A stretch of 63,717 bases of DNA, counting the filler, from Octopus bimaculoides (lineage: Eukaryota): the NCBI RefSeq assembly GCF_001194135.2. It is 8 parts of 6 records of this genome, joined end to end, with 100 filler letters (N's around TTAATTAATTAA, not from the genome) between each part and the next. Parts side by side here need not be neighbours in the genome. Positions count along the whole stretch, not along the records: positions 1 to 2,473 come from NW_026389282.1; positions 2,574 to 13,838 come from NC_068981.1; positions 13,939 to 17,487 come from NC_068986.1; 5 more parts are not named here. One strand, 5' to 3'. The notes beneath the pieces were generated by a model that was given only the letters and a program-made list of their open reading frames with translations, was not told the DNA's origin and ran no database searches. A program made the position numbers and the translations under genes. Within the stretch, counting starts at the first letter, position 1; the number at the start of each line of letters is the position of its first letter. Below are positions 1 through 14,000 of this stretch, in pieces.

Positions 1-1744
1 ATATATATGCATATATAATACTTAGATATATATATATGTGGGTGTGTGTGTATGTATGTATGTATGTGACTGAAGCAAGTAACGTGTAAAAGATACAAGA
101 TGAATATGACGACACTCCATGTCCTTTTACTTTTTCTTAAGATTGTCAGTTCATTCAGTTGGCGAAGATGAGTTGTAACTGAATTTCAAAGGGCCACCTT
201 TGTCTCGCCCTGTGTCACGCTAAATCTCACTGAGAATTACGTTAAGGCTACACGTGTCTACGGAGAGCTCAGCCACATGCACATTAATTTCACGAGTATG
301 CTTGTTCCGTTAGGTGGATCAACTGGAACCCTTGTCGTCGAAAGCGACTGAGTGCCAGTTTTTAAGACTGTGGAGTTGCAATGCCAAGGTGAATTTTCTG
401 CCGATATTGCTAGCAACTCCGTCAATATTTTGAAGAAGGACAGAGAATAGGAATATTCAGACTAAATGACGTTTTTATTATTTACGTGTTCTTCGTGATT
501 CGTGCCAAAACATCTTCAACGTCGAATTAACCCTCCTTTTAAATGAGTGGTTAAAATAAATATCTATCAAATTGACTGTATTTCCTGTGAAAAACGAATT
601 TTGTTTAAATGTTAGGAATTAATATTTTCCCACCAATTACGTTAATTTCACTTTTGAATGATATTGCAAACTTCTTCAGTTTTTTCCTAATAACTTTTGT
701 GCAGCTGATATGTGTGGTGCATCGGCAGCTGTTTTATTATAATTATAGGAAAATTCAAAATGTGTGAAAGAGAAAATAGAGGCAAAAAATGTAATGACGT
801 GGTTATTGCATGAACACTTTCATGAATGTTAAACACAATGTATTTGTGATGTACTCTTTGACTTCGTTGATTCGGAAAATTAAAAGCAATCTCATCTAAA
901 TTCTAAGTGTGCGAAACACACTCAGTACATTATTCATTATCTTAACATAATTTGACATTTTATATCTAAATAACAAAACGTATAGCATAAGGAAAAAAAG
1001 ATGCATTTGATAAAATTTTTACTCTCTACTTTTCTAAACAGATAAATTCAGAGATGTGCACACATACATATATTTATATTTATTTTTACTTAAATATAGT
1101 ATAATTATATATAACACATGTATGTTCGTGCGAGCGTGCGCTTGTATATAAAAGCAACGACGAAAATTATAATACGTAAGACAAAGTGACTACGAAATAT
1201 AACTTTAGATTGTCGCTCGATGAGGGTAATGTAAGGAGAAGAATCTGCCATTTCAAAATTAGCTTTACCTCAGAAAAACTAGAGAAGGGGAAAATGGAAA
1301 TGCACGATTTTGTATGCGATGAGACATGTGGGAAATAGTTTACAATGTCAAGTCGAATTTTCTGCTGATGTTTCTAACAATTCCGTCAACATTGNNNNNN
1401 NNNNTAGAATTCGCGTGGATGAATAGGAAGGAATGAAGTTACAAAGATAAGAATATTACAGAGGTGGTAAGTGAGTGTTAGTTTTGCCTTTATGGTTATA
1501 GTGTGAAGGTGTGATGATAATGTTTTGTCGAAAATGAGTCTGAGAATTTGTCATTCTTCTGAGTATGCGTGTGTTTACTTCGCTGTTACTGTCGTTGGGT
1601 TAGCGAAATTTGTCTTTCCATCTGGGACCCCTGTATCTCAGCCTACATTTGTTCTACATAGACATATTATTTCTATTTGGAATCAGGATGATCCCGGAAT
1701 TTTAAATCTGCCCTACATTTTGTTCTGAATATCCAACATTGACA

Positions 1745-2170
1745 TCTGATTTTAAAGCATTTTGGGTTGCTATTTCTAGCAGGTGAAGCTTGGCTGATTC
1801 ATGCCATCTTCGTTGGCGTTTATCAGATGACGTCAGAGATCGAGGAGTGTCTTGCAAACAACTCGCACACGCAAGTGCTACCAGTCGAGAACTCCGCNNN
1901 NNNNNNNNNNGCAAGTGTATGGGGTCATCAGGAGAGAACGCACGCCGTTTCGGGGCCTACCTCTCGACTGCATCAATGCGCACCCCGCCCCATCTCACTG
2001 ATATGAAGCCCCGCTTGCTAGATCAACTGGTTATTAAATAAAGNNNNNNNNNNTATGAAGCCCCGCTTGCTAGATCAACTGGTTATTAAATAAAGCTCAA
2101 TATGGCTCTAGCCATCGCTCATCGTCTCTTTTCAACCAAATCTAGTGGCTAGCCTTCTCCACTGTATTTT
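1745..2170 (+). mobile_element. LTR-like GC-rich island (unclassified)
   Basis: GC- and CpG-rich relative to the flanks, with a TGACGTCA site and AATAAA followed by a U5-like tract. Interrupted by small gaps. Confidence 0.3.
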
Positions 2171-2956
2171 GGATATCACTCATGTTGGTATTTACCTTAC
2201 GATGAGTTAGGCCTAACGNNNNNNNNNNNNNNNNNNNNNNNNNNNNNNNNNNNNNNNNNNNNNNNNNNNNNNNNNNNNNNNNNNNNNNNNNNNNNNNNNN
2301 NNNNNNNNNNNNNNNNNNNNNNNNNNTTCACATTTCTCGAGGAGGTTTACATAACGGTCAATCTTTCGAGCCCGCGATCGATAAATGACATCTGCTTCGC
2401 TAATTTTAAGTCGAGAGAAGAAGTTTAGGACAAATTGGCCAACAGTTGGAATTCAACTTGGGACTGGAACAATNNNNNNNNNNNNNNNNNNNNNNNNNNN
2501 NNNNNNNNNNNNNNNNNTTAATTAATTAANNNNNNNNNNNNNNNNNNNNNNNNNNNNNNNNNNNNNNNNNNNNTATATATATATATATATATATATATAT
2601 CGTACATACATACGTATGTATATGCTTGTGTATACATGTATCTATATATGTATATACTTGTGTGTATATATATATGTGTGTGCTCGCACGTATATACATG
2701 AATGAAAACCTTCCTAAAGTTATTGTTACTGTACACGCTGTTTGTGTAAATGTTTTGTTACATAGATTAACAAAGACGAGCAACATTCACAAATATTTAC
2801 ATACAGTCCCAGTGTATACACTATATTATATACAATGTTGTATAGAACATTTTGTGTGTATATAATGACAGGATGTAGAAAGTGTCAGAAGTAACAACCA
2901 CGACTTCCTATGTATATGTATGTGCACGCGAAAAAAAGTGTGTGTATGTATGTGTG

Positions 2957-3001
<45 letters not shown>

Positions 3002-4124
3002 NNNNNNNNNNGAATGTGTCTATATAATATTTGTATGCGTGTCTGTGTGTATACGTATTGTTATAAGGACATCACGAAGTTTATTGCTTCTGCACCTAAA
3101 ATCAATTACACGATCTAACAACAACAACAACGAGAATAATAGAATTAGCAGCAGCAGCAGGTACACGTTTTGTGCATACAATAGAACAATGATGCAGACA
3201 ACGCATTGCATTGGTAACATACTTTATTCACTAACATACGTACTTAGACATTCTTGCATACACGCGCAATCAATATCTACATACAATATGTGTTTAGTAA
3301 TACAGTTACACTAAGTTATACTGCTAAGGATCTGAAGACCTTTTGCAAAGTCCTCGTTTTTTTTAAACCCTTAAAAGAGGTGAAGGGTACAGATGGCATC
3401 GGCGGATTTGAACTTATAGCGCCGGATGAGGTATTCTATTCGACGAGCTAATGACTTTGTCATTGCCATTTCGCTGCCTTGGGGTACTAAAAGAAGTCAC
3501 ATGTGTCTCACTGGGAACACATTCAATGGCAGTTATGACCAACATCTACATTCATTGATGTCAAATGAGAAGAGAGACTCTATATTCGTTAAGGCCTGTT
3601 TTATTTTCCTTTACTTCTCAACATTCCGGTTAGCAATAACATTCCTTCTGCCGGGCCACACATAGGATCGCTTGACTTACTTAAACCAATCAGGATCCGC
3701 CTAGCTAACGTCTTAGGGACACACTGCTGTCCATACACTAAACATTGTCCGAACAACCTTACGTGTTCTATATATGCATTGATTAGCAATGGATTGAATC
3801 TTCACTTGATTTCCTTAGCATATGTGTGTATGTGTCTGTCATCACCTTGTCCGGAAGGTAAATCTTCAACGCTATAGAAACGAATGTATAGAGTTCTTTC
3901 TCAGGCCGCCATGGTTTTATTGTTCATTTCTTCATATATTTGAACAGAGGAGGTTAAAAACTTCTACGCTACGACACCTTCGGTTGTTTAATGATATTGT
4001 TGTTTTTTAATCCTTGATCAGACCTACGACCAAAGTCAATCTAGCCGTGACTTTCCCAAATGATTGCATACCTAGCACTACATTCTCAACTACATCCTTC
4101 TTGTTTTAATATTATGGTGTGTGA

Positions 4125-4337
4125 AGGCGGTGAGCTGGCAGAAACGTTAGCACTCCGGGTGAAATGCTTAGCGGTATTTCGTCTATCTTTATGTTCTGAG
4201 TCCAAATTCCTCCGAGGTCGACTTTGCCTTTCATCATTTCGGGGTCGATAAATTAAATACCATTTGCATACTGGGGTCGATCTAATCGACTAGCCCCCTC
4301 CCCAGAAATTTCGAGCCTTTTACCTAGAGTAGAAATG
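4125..4337 (+). mobile_element. tRNA-derived SINE (family A), full-length, with 17-bp target-site duplication
   Basis: A-box-like GAGCTGGCAGAA and B-box-like GAGTCCAAATTCC. Flanked by an exact direct repeat AATATTATGGTGTGTGA at 4108-4124 and 4338-4354. Many homologous copies occur in the window. Confidence 0.85.
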
Positions 4338-6251
4338 AATATTATGGTGTGTGATTTACAAGGAACATGGTTACTATTTCTAGCAGATCTAGTAACTACC
4401 TAGTGGCTCCCCTCCTTGCAATGGGGGCTGGTGGATTGGTTCACCCCCACTCCACGCCCAACATACACGCAATCATATATACTATCCCAGGAGTTCAACC
4501 TCTCGCTGTTAAAGTTTCGATATCTTGGATGTGACATGACAGAAGCTTGAAATACTTTCAGACAAACAGGCAATTAATTCAGATGGCTTGCAACTTGTTA
4601 ATTACTTGTTTAATTAGTGAGAGAATTAATATGACATTTTATATAAAGATTGGACTGAAAGGGCAATAACAGATATTGAGACAGCTCTTTGAATAGTAAT
4701 GAGCTGGTGGACAATATAACGTGACTCTAGTCGAATGAGACAGTATACTAGTTTCACGGTTTGGCACAGAGCCAGCAATTTAGGGGGAGGGGCAAATCGA
4801 TTCCATCAACCCCGGTACTCAACTGGTACTTATTTCATCGACCCCCGAAAGGTTGAAAGGCAAAGACGATCTCAATGGTATTTGAACTTCGAACGTAAAG
4901 ACAGACGAAATGCCGCTAAGCATTTTGGCAGCTCACTGCCACCTTACATTAAACTATGTATAAAGTGAAACGAAAACTGACTTTTTTTAGTCTACTTAAA
5001 TACGAATTGAATTCATTTGTTCCATATAAGTCATGGTCAACGTTTTTAAAACAAAGATTAATTGATTTAATTTACATGAATGCCACGTGCACGTAGTTTT
5101 ATTCCTGGTAAATGATTATTACTGAACATTTTAGAACACAATACAACAGTTCAGCAGAGAAAGGTTTTCATTTAAATACAATACAACAGGAAGGTTTTAA
5201 TTCAAAGTTAATCACGTGACGCCTAAACATCGGTGGCGAGTCACTGCTGACACCTAAGTCACAGTTTTGTCATCACTGCTCCAGTTTTTCTCTGGTGTCT
5301 TTATTTATAATTCTTTTAATGTGTTTAGAAACGGATCAAAGAATTTCTTTTGTGATGTAAAACAATAAGTCACTCCACAGAAAACCTTAATATTCTCTCT
5401 CTCTCTCTCTCTCTCTGAATCAGTTAGGCGAAGGGGCCAAAAAAGGTGCGTCCACTTAACGGTCTCATCTAACACTTTCATCATTTCTCTATGGACATGA
5501 CGAGACAAAAGACAATGACTGCACACCTCCAGATATGGTCTCCATGTCTTTTCACGGGCGTCTCTTTGAAAAGAAGTGAATCATATTTGAATAACAAACA
5601 ATTACAAATATACACCACACAGAATTATCATAACTGAATCATTGTACAAAGTAAATCTTGTATAAACACTTAGCAATCACGTTGAGTCCACGTATTTCAT
5701 CTGTCCTCACATACTCTACAAATAAATGGAACCACCCGTATTTTCTTAGTGAAATAAAAAAATAAAAATGATAATGTGATTTCTTTTTATTTTTAGGACT
5801 TAACTCTAAGGTGAACCAGGTTTCATGAAGGAAATTTTCGAGAAAATAAAAATAAAAATGAATCATTTGGTGCTCTTTTCTCCTTCTTGGAGATGACGTC
5901 ATTCCTCTCCTCTGCTGAACATTCTCATCTTAAACGACTGAATTTCACATCTGGGACTCTTCTTTAAGCTTCAAGTCAAACACAGAGAGTTGTCTATTCT
6001 TAGCCAGGCTGACAACAAAATCTACAAGCAGCTCTTTAATGGGATATCTTGCCTAAGGGAACTTACAGCCATCAACTTTTCTCTGCCGTCTTTTTCTCAT
6101 CGAGTTTCCGTTTTGACGTTTTAATCGTGTATAAATAAACGATTAGCATTGGCAGAAAAAAAAGTACATACAAAAATATATAGATATAAAAAAACATATT
6201 AATATAAAAATTGTATAAATATAAAGAATAAAGATGTATAAATATACTTAC

Positions 6252-6506
6252 ATTTGGACAGGTAATATTTTGGTCGAGTGCTACAGGTAGTTGACGAACA
6301 CTTCCGCGCCCCAGCGCTTCTCGTTTCCGTCGCGAACTAAACACATGTAATTCTCTTTTCTCTTCTTCTGTTAAACTATTACAGTAACGTATCTGGTTAT
6401 CGTGGGGAGGTAACTGCTGAAGAAGCTGCCGGATGCGGTATTTTTCCCCTAAGCTATTGATGTAAGGTACTTTGTCTTCAGGTAAGCAATTCATGTAAAG
6501 ATAAAC
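6252..6506 (-). CDS. PRICKLE: Internal coding exon of a Prickle-family planar cell polarity protein (PET domain), 85 codons, phase 0/0
   Basis: Translates [85 protein letters not shown], matching the Prickle PET motif ([52 protein letters not shown]). A polypyrimidine tract plus CAG acceptor ends at 6507 and a GTAAGT donor is at 6251-6246. The exon ends just before the second Cys of LIM1. Confidence 0.93.
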
Positions 6507-7196
6507 CTGGAAAAAAATACAAAAATAACAGACAGATAAATATATGGAAATGATACTATATTACTATACACAAATGAAGCAAAAGGCAGGGCAATGCAAT
6601 TGGACATAATATATTACAGGTATTCTATTTTCTATTTCAGATTGTGTAAGTATGGAAGATTAAGTCCACGTCTGTTCTATGAAGACTGATTAAGTAACGT
6701 AATCCAAAGAATGGCGATTGCCTTAAGTAAATTCCACTTGAGTAACATTGCATGATGTAAAAGCGTTCGACATAAGATTAGTTTTTGAATCGGAGCCATG
6801 TGTTTAGTTAAACCCTTTGTGTATTACTGGAAGGTGAGTGGCCTAGTGGTTAGCGTGTTGCACTGACGGTCAGTTAGATCGTGGGTTCAGTTCTTGAGCA
6901 AAACATCTTTATTTCGTGATTCACTACGATCACTTCGACACATGACGTGTGGCACATCGCGCACCCGTTTAGGAAACGTCGCTAGGAGCGACCTAATGTA
7001 CAACACAAACATTTGATCCTTATAAGCAAATTATTGGTGCAGGTCGTTCGGCAAGAAATTACAGAGTCTTCTTTCTCGGATCGAGAGAGTATTATTAAAT
7101 TAATTAATATTACTAACACTAGCATTAACCAAATGTGTAGAAACGGAAGTTATAGTCAAACTTAGAACTAACCAATCAATCGTGGCACTTCGTCGG

Positions 7197-7545
7197 TTGC
7201 GACGACGAGGGTTCCAGTTGATCCGATCAACGGAACAGCCTGCTCGTGAAATTAACGTGCAAGGGGCTGAACATACCACAGACACGTGTACCCTTAATGT
7301 AATTCTCAGGGAGATTCAGCGTGACCTTTGAAATACAGGTACAACAGAAACAGGAAGAAAGAGCGAGAGAAAGTTGAGGTGAAAGAGTACAGCAGGGTTC
7401 GCCACCACCCTCTGCCGGAGCCTCGTGGACCTTTATGTGTTTTCACTCAATAAACACTCACAACGCCCGACCTGGGAATCGAAACCACGATACTACGACC
7501 GCGAGTTCGCTGCTCTAACCACTGGGCCATTTCACCTCCACACTA
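7197..7545 (-). mobile_element. tRNA-derived SINE (family B)
   Basis: Head TGGCCCAGTGGTTAGAGCAGCG..GGTTTCGATTCCCAG carries A and B boxes. The 3' body (CACGTGTCTGTGG..CTCAGC..CACGTTAATTTCACGAGCAGGCTGTTCCGTTGATCGGATCAACTGGAACCCTCGTCGTC) is shared with copies at about 240-360, 9605-9940 and 34285-34580. Confidence 0.75.
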
Positions 7546-8651
7546 ACCAATAAACGAGCAGAATATTACCGAGGGGGAGATAGAGACGAACCAATTAACG
7601 ATGGTATAACATTATTCTGTAACTGATTACACTCAGTTAGTAGTGGCGCTGCTTTTTGAGACAATCAATTTATATTATAAAAAGTGAGGGTCATGGCGTA
7701 TAAACGTATCAAAAGAAGGAAGGTGAACATCATTGTGTCGTTATTTGACTTGCTGCTGTTTGTAGCAGGTCGATCAACTGCACAGTTTATTTAGAAGTCA
7801 AAGGAACGTAAGATAATACACCCCCCCCATTTAATCCGGCAAGGTCCTTAATTTCCCATCTACAACAACAAATAACGTTATATGCATAAAATAAACTAAA
7901 GGACATAATTTAAGTGGGTGAATGACATGAATTTAGATATTAATTAGCGTTGATGAAGTGAATGAGGTTAATTAGAGAAAATAAACAAGAACCAAGCGGT
8001 AAACGTTAGAAAGAAACTCAAAGGGGAGACAATTTCAATAAATTATGAATTAATTTCCCAAATTAATTTAGTTCCTTAGAGGAAAATAAATAAGATATAT
8101 TGTTATAAATTCTCTTTTAACTTCATCAGAGTTAATAACAGATCAATCGCTTCAATTAGATTTATTATTCCCCTCGATGGACAGGTTTTTCGTTTTCTCT
8201 CCGCTCATCAGAAATCGTCTATTATTTATCTCGCGTTGAGTTGCTTCTTTCATTGGACTCCAATATTTGTCTCGTGAAATATCAACGCTGCAGTTCATCA
8301 ACAAACTGTTGAAATATCACTATTTTGAGCAAAGGTCACAACGCATCCACCTCTTCCTCCGCCTCACAGTCAAATATAGATTCGTATGTCTTTGGCAGTG
8401 CACGACCCTGTATGTCTGTATGTCTAGTAAGTGTACGTTAGAGTGCAACAACAACAAGAAGAACAACAACCACTGGAGATACGAAGCGAATGCCTACAGC
8501 TATAAAACAATATCGATCTGTTTTATATTTACGAGAACATTCCAGCGAATATAATTCTCTTCGCTAATTAGATGAATACCTTCCCAATGTTTCTGGTCAT
8601 ATTCTTAATTCGTTTGTCATCCTCCTCCTGTTGCAGCTGCTGCTGCTGCAA

Positions 8652-8654
8652 CTA

Positions 8655-8718
<64 letters not shown>

Positions 8719-8737
8719 GCTACTACTACTACTACTA
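8652..8737. repeat. (CTA)n microsatellite
   Basis: Direct reading. Confidence 0.95.
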
Positions 8738-8846
8738 AATATTAGTAAAAGTAATGCTAATAGTTGATATTCTTAAAGGCTGACTCTGTAGGGTACATAG
8801 CAACGAAATGGTGTTGACGAATAAACTTCCTGTTGATTACAGCCTC

Positions 8847-8883
<37 letters not shown>

Positions 8884-9329
8884 ATTTTCCCCACTCCTCC
8901 CCTCTCCCGATATTATCAAATATATCTCGTATATGGGATCTCTGCTATCTACTCTATGCAAATAGTGAAGAAGTGGGTGGTAGTGGTGGTGGTGATGGTG
9001 GTGGTGGGGGGGATGGGAGGTACCTCTCCAAGATGAGTCAACTCTGTGACTTTATGTCGATCAAGCCCCCCCACCCCACCCCACAAACCAGATGGAACCC
9101 TTCTCGATTTCATCTATGAATATCCTTGGAAAACACATTAACATTGCATATTCTTAATCGCTGGTTTTTATTTTTTAATCTGAGATTTCGCATGTACTGA
9201 AAGCAAAAATGTCATTCTGTTAACTGGAGATAATGGAAGAAGATCAAAAGAACACACTATCAGCATCAAAGATGACCTTCCCCGTTGAATAAGCCGTTGG
9301 ATAAAGAAGAGGTCAAACGAATGTGTGTG

Positions 9330-9347
9330 TGAGAGAGGGAGGGAGAG

Positions 9348-9426
<79 letters not shown>

Positions 9427-9458
9427 GAGAGAGAGGGAGAGAGAGAGAGAGAGAGAGG
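9330..9458. repeat. (GA)n microsatellite
   Basis: Direct reading. Similar tracts lie at about 11270-11342, 13782-13838 and 19080-19186. Confidence 0.95.
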
Positions 9459-9604
9459 ATGAGGGGAAAGAGAGTTTTGCCCTTGAATCCGGGACATTAC
9501 CAGAGAGTTTGTCTTCAGTTTGTGTATTCTGGAATTATGTTGAGGTGGCATCGACTAATTTGAATGTCTTTCAATATAGTAAATAAATAAGCACACCAGA
9601 GCTG

Positions 9605-9940
9605 AATGCAATGGATCTCATTCGGTTACGACGACGGAGAATGTTCCAACTGCTCCAACCAACGGAACAGCCTGCCCGTGAAATTAATATGCAAGTGGTT
9701 GAGTGCTCCACAGACACGTGTTTCCTTAATGTAGTTCTCAAAGAGATTCAGTTTGACACGGAATCTGACAAGGCTGAGCCTTTGTAATTACAGGTACTAC
9801 TCATCTTTGCCAGCTGAGTGGACTGGAGTAATGAGAAATAAAGCGCCTTGCTCAAGGACACAACGCACCAACGAGAATCGAACTCACGGCCTTACGTTTG
9901 TCATCCGAACACCCTAACCACTTGGCCACGCACCTCTACA
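9605..9940 (-). mobile_element. tRNA-derived SINE (family B), near full length
   Basis: Head GCGTGGCCAAGTGGTTAGGGTG..GAGTTCGATTCTC. Central GTGTCCTTGAGCAAGGCGC..CCAGTCCACTCAGCTGGCAAA resembles the Deu/Nin/Meta-type SINE central domain (inference). Confidence 0.75.
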
Positions 9941-10082
9941 ATTAAATTCAGTAATTAGGATTATTGTTATTATTGTTATTAGGATTATTGTTATTAGGTG
10001 TTAGTAGATATTATTGTTTATGTAAGTATCCAAGGAAGATAACTCCTGCGTGTCGATGAGAATCATGGTGTGCAATAACAAC

Positions 10083-10133
<51 letters not shown>

Positions 10134-10134
10134 C

Positions 10135-10542
10135 CTTTCTACTAAAGGCACAAGGCCTAAAATTTGGGGGAAGTGGGGAAAATCAATCACACCGACCCCA
10201 GTACTTGACTGGTAGTTAATTTATTAACCCCGGAAGGACAAAAGGCAAAGTCGACCTCGGAGGAATTTGAACTCAGAACGTAAAGACGTACGAAATGCCA
10301 GTTCGCCGCCGCCGCCATAATAGTAATAATAATAATAATTCTTTCTACCATAGGAATAAGGACTAAAATTTTTGAGGGGAGGGGAACTAGTCAATTACAT
10401 CGACGTCAGTGTTTCACTGGTACTTGATTTATCGACCCCAAAAGGACGGAAGGCAAAGTCGACCTTGGCGGAATCTGAACGCAGAACGAAGTGCTGCTAA
10501 GCATTTTGCCCTGTATGCTAACGATTCTGCCAGCTCACCGCC

Positions 10543-10545
<3 letters not shown>
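10135..10545 (-). mobile_element. Two tandem SINE family A copies embedded in (AAT)n microsatellite
   Basis: Reverse complement of the family A body occurs twice, separated and flanked by AAT repeats (about 10082-10134, 10320-10338, 10545-10583). Further minus copies lie at about 4755-4940, 10945-11140, 11860-12055, 27895-28090, 37320-37450 and 37690-37840, and plus copies at about 27700-27870 and 45370-45580. Confidence 0.8.
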
Positions 10546-10585
<40 letters not shown>

Positions 10586-11295
10586 AATACAATTGTACAC
10601 ACCCACTCACCAACGCACAAATATCCCCCCCCCCGCACACAAACACACGTAATCAGTATAAACATCTAACTGGTATATTTTTAAGTGGAGAGGATAAAAA
10701 AGAAAGAAAGAAAGCCATCCCTGAAAGCTTTTAAACACTCGATGTGAGGCCATAACATGAGATTGTCTTAATTATGGTCTAGATCTCAATATCTCAGTTA
10801 AATTCTTTAGATCCAAGATAACAGAACATTCCTCTAAGACCAGAAAATGGAGACGATAAAAGGAACTACATCTCAGTGTGGTTAATCTAAAGCTTACAAA
10901 TTATATTGGATTAAATTTGTAATTTCTATTTAGTAATCCTATCAAGGTACAAGGTCTGAAATTTGGGGGGGAAGGGGAGCTAATCGATGACAGTGCTCAA
11001 CTGTTACTTATTTTATCGACCGCAATTGGATGAAGGGCAAAGTCGAGCCGAGCAGAATTTGAACTCACACCGTGAGGACGGATGAAATACTGCTGAGTAT
11101 TTTGTTCGGCGTTCTAACATGTCTGCCGGCTCGCCGCTTCATCTCAGTTTACTAACAGCCGATATAAAGGCCGATCGGTTGGTTGGCTGGTTGACTGATT
11201 TGTCCAGTAACGCTTTCAAGCTGTACATTGTATAGAGAGAAGGGGAGAGCAGAAGACGAATTCATAAAGAGAAAGAGAGAGAGAGGGAAAGAGAG

Positions 11296-11344
<49 letters not shown>

Positions 11345-11717
11345 ATTAGCATCAGAAGTAGATGAACGAAGAGAAAAAAATCAGAGACTGCGGAGGCAGA
11401 AGGAATAAATTACACAAATGAGAATTTTGTTTTAATTATATTTTAATGTAATTAATATTTTTCTTTTTAAAATTCGTTTCATAATTTTGAATAAGAATCA
11501 AGAAATTTGATAAAAGTTGCTAATTATTATGTGCATGGCATATTTCCTGATATTACTCAAGATGGTAAAAAGTATACTGCGAAAATAAGCCGTCACATGG
11601 CATGCTTTGGAGTTTAGCCCCATTGCATGGCACCTTGGGAAAATTTCTTCAACTACAGCCGGTTTGACTAAAGCTTTGCAACTGGATTCAGTACATATAA
11701 ACTGAAATACGCCCGCC

Positions 11718-11761
<44 letters not shown>

Positions 11762-12873
11762 TTGTCTTGACATGGTGTGATTGTTGTAAATAAATATCAT
11801 TCACTGTCAGAGTTCTGCGAAAACATGTTTGCCAATGGAGAAATATTCTTTTCAACTCTAGGCACAAGGCCCGGAATTTTTTAGGGGAGGGGGCCAGTCA
11901 ATTAGATCGACCCCAGTACGCAACTGGTACTTAATTCATCGACCTTACTGAAAGGCAAAATCGACCTCGGCAGAATTTGAACTCAGAACGTAAAGACGAA
12001 CGAAATACCTGCTAAGCATTTCGCCCGGCATGCTAACGGCCAACTCGCTGCCTTCCAGTGGAGAAATATTATTTGGAAACAAGTGATAAGTGGTGACAGA
12101 AAGGGCATCCGGTTGTAGAAAATCTGCCTTTACACAAACTGCCTAACCCATGCAAGCATGGAACAATGGACGTTAATACGAATACAGTATAAAATTTTGT
12201 TGCCCACTTTCAATTATTGGTTTTTGCTGCTGAAGATTCATAAGGACAAAGCCAAATCGGTTCAGGATATCTTGATATATTTCTCGTTAGACACACAAAC
12301 ACACACGATTGCTTATTTCGATTATTCAAAAATAACGAAATATTTTTACCAAAATACAACTTTTCAAAACATAAATAGACACATAAATATATTTCTATAT
12401 ATTTAGAAATATACTCCCCACTTCTCTCTTTCTCTCTCTCCCTACACACACACACACATATATATTTTAAGTAAACACAAGTATGTCTTATGTTTCGACA
12501 GTTTTTGAATATTTACCAAATTATCGATATTGTTTAAGTTTCTGAAGGAAAAGAAAAAGAGGAGAAAAAAGAAGATACTCCGAATGAAACAGTGGAGATT
12601 GTGAGAAAGGATTGGAAGGGAGGAAAATAAACTCATAAAGATTAAGGATTATCGATTAATACAGCAAACAAATCATTTGTGATAACAACATTAATTATAT
12701 TTATATTTTATTGTAGATTCAGCACAAAATCGAACAGCTGAAATTGAACCTAATTCGATTGAAAATCTTATTTATTCATTGCATTTTTTTTAGCTATTCC
12801 AATTTTCTCCAATTCAACAACTAGCAGCGTGTGTGTGTGTATATGCGTGTGTGTGAGTGTGTGTGTGAGTATG

Positions 12874-12920
<47 letters not shown>

Positions 12921-13158
12921 GAGAATATATATATATACACTTATGCACTATATACACATACATATACACACGAGGTGTATTCCACATGTTTTGAGACATC
13001 ATTTCTACACATCTAATAAGCTGACCGGCCACCTTTTGTCATTTCAAATTGAAGGAGACAGCTGTAAGACCACTTTGGAGACACCCTGCTGAATACTGCT
13101 CGTCTGGTTTGCAGAATGCATTCAGGTATGTAATAAAGTTCTGTGTCAAACTGGGCAA

Positions 13159-13197
<39 letters not shown>

Positions 13198-13779
13198 AGT
13201 CTCACAGTGGGTTGGTAAACTGGATTATTCCCTCCTGCCCAAATTCCTGTACGGTTCTCAGATGTTAAGCTCATTAAACGTGTAGTTAAGAAGAAATAAT
13301 TCGTCAGACGAATCTGCCATTGTCAGAGACTCTACACATTGCTGAGGCATCGAGCACTTTTCATTATATGTCTTCCACCGCTTCTTTTATTTGCTTTTGT
13401 CATTAGATTGCGGCCAAACTGGGGCAATACTTTGATGAATTTTTTTAGCAGACTAAATCGACCCCAGTACGCATCTTTTTGAAGGCTGGTACCTTTTCTC
13501 TCTACCACTTTTGCCGAACCACTAGATTGTAAGGAAGTAAACACAACAACACCAGTTGTCACGGTTGCAAGCAGTAGTGTGCGACAGACAGACAGACACA
13601 CACGCACACACACACGTGACGCGCTTCTTTTTCGTTTCCGCCTACCAAATCCATTTACAAGGCTTTGACCAGCCTGAGGCTATAGTAGAAAACACTCACC
13701 CAAAATGCCACGCGGTGACACTGAACCCGGAACCATGCGGTTGGAAAACAAACTTTTTAACACACAACTACAACTGTGC

Positions 13780-13838
<59 letters not shown>

Positions 13839-14000
13839 NNNNNNNNNNNNNNNNNNNNNNNNNNNNNNNNNNNNNNNNNNNNTTAATTAATTAANNNNNN
13901 NNNNNNNNNNNNNNNNNNNNNNNNNNNNNNNNNNNNNNTATATATATACATACATACATACACACGCACACACATATTTGTCAGTTTGTGTGTGCATATA

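Noticed and set aside
2518-2529. TTAATTAATTAA palindrome recurring seven times (regularly flanked motif, superficially array-like)
   Set aside because: It is always centred in N44/N44, so it is a scaffolding linker, not biology and not CRISPR.
6072-6251. C-terminal 59 aa of the ORF-track 140-aa protein ([10 protein letters not shown]..)
   Set aside because: Read-through past the GTAAGT donor into AT-rich intron, with no PET or LIM similarity.
7470-7545. tRNA-like sequences (also about 6835, 9870-9940, 18285, 42984)
   Set aside because: A and B boxes are present but there is no complete cloverleaf or acceptor stem, and each continues into a SINE body.
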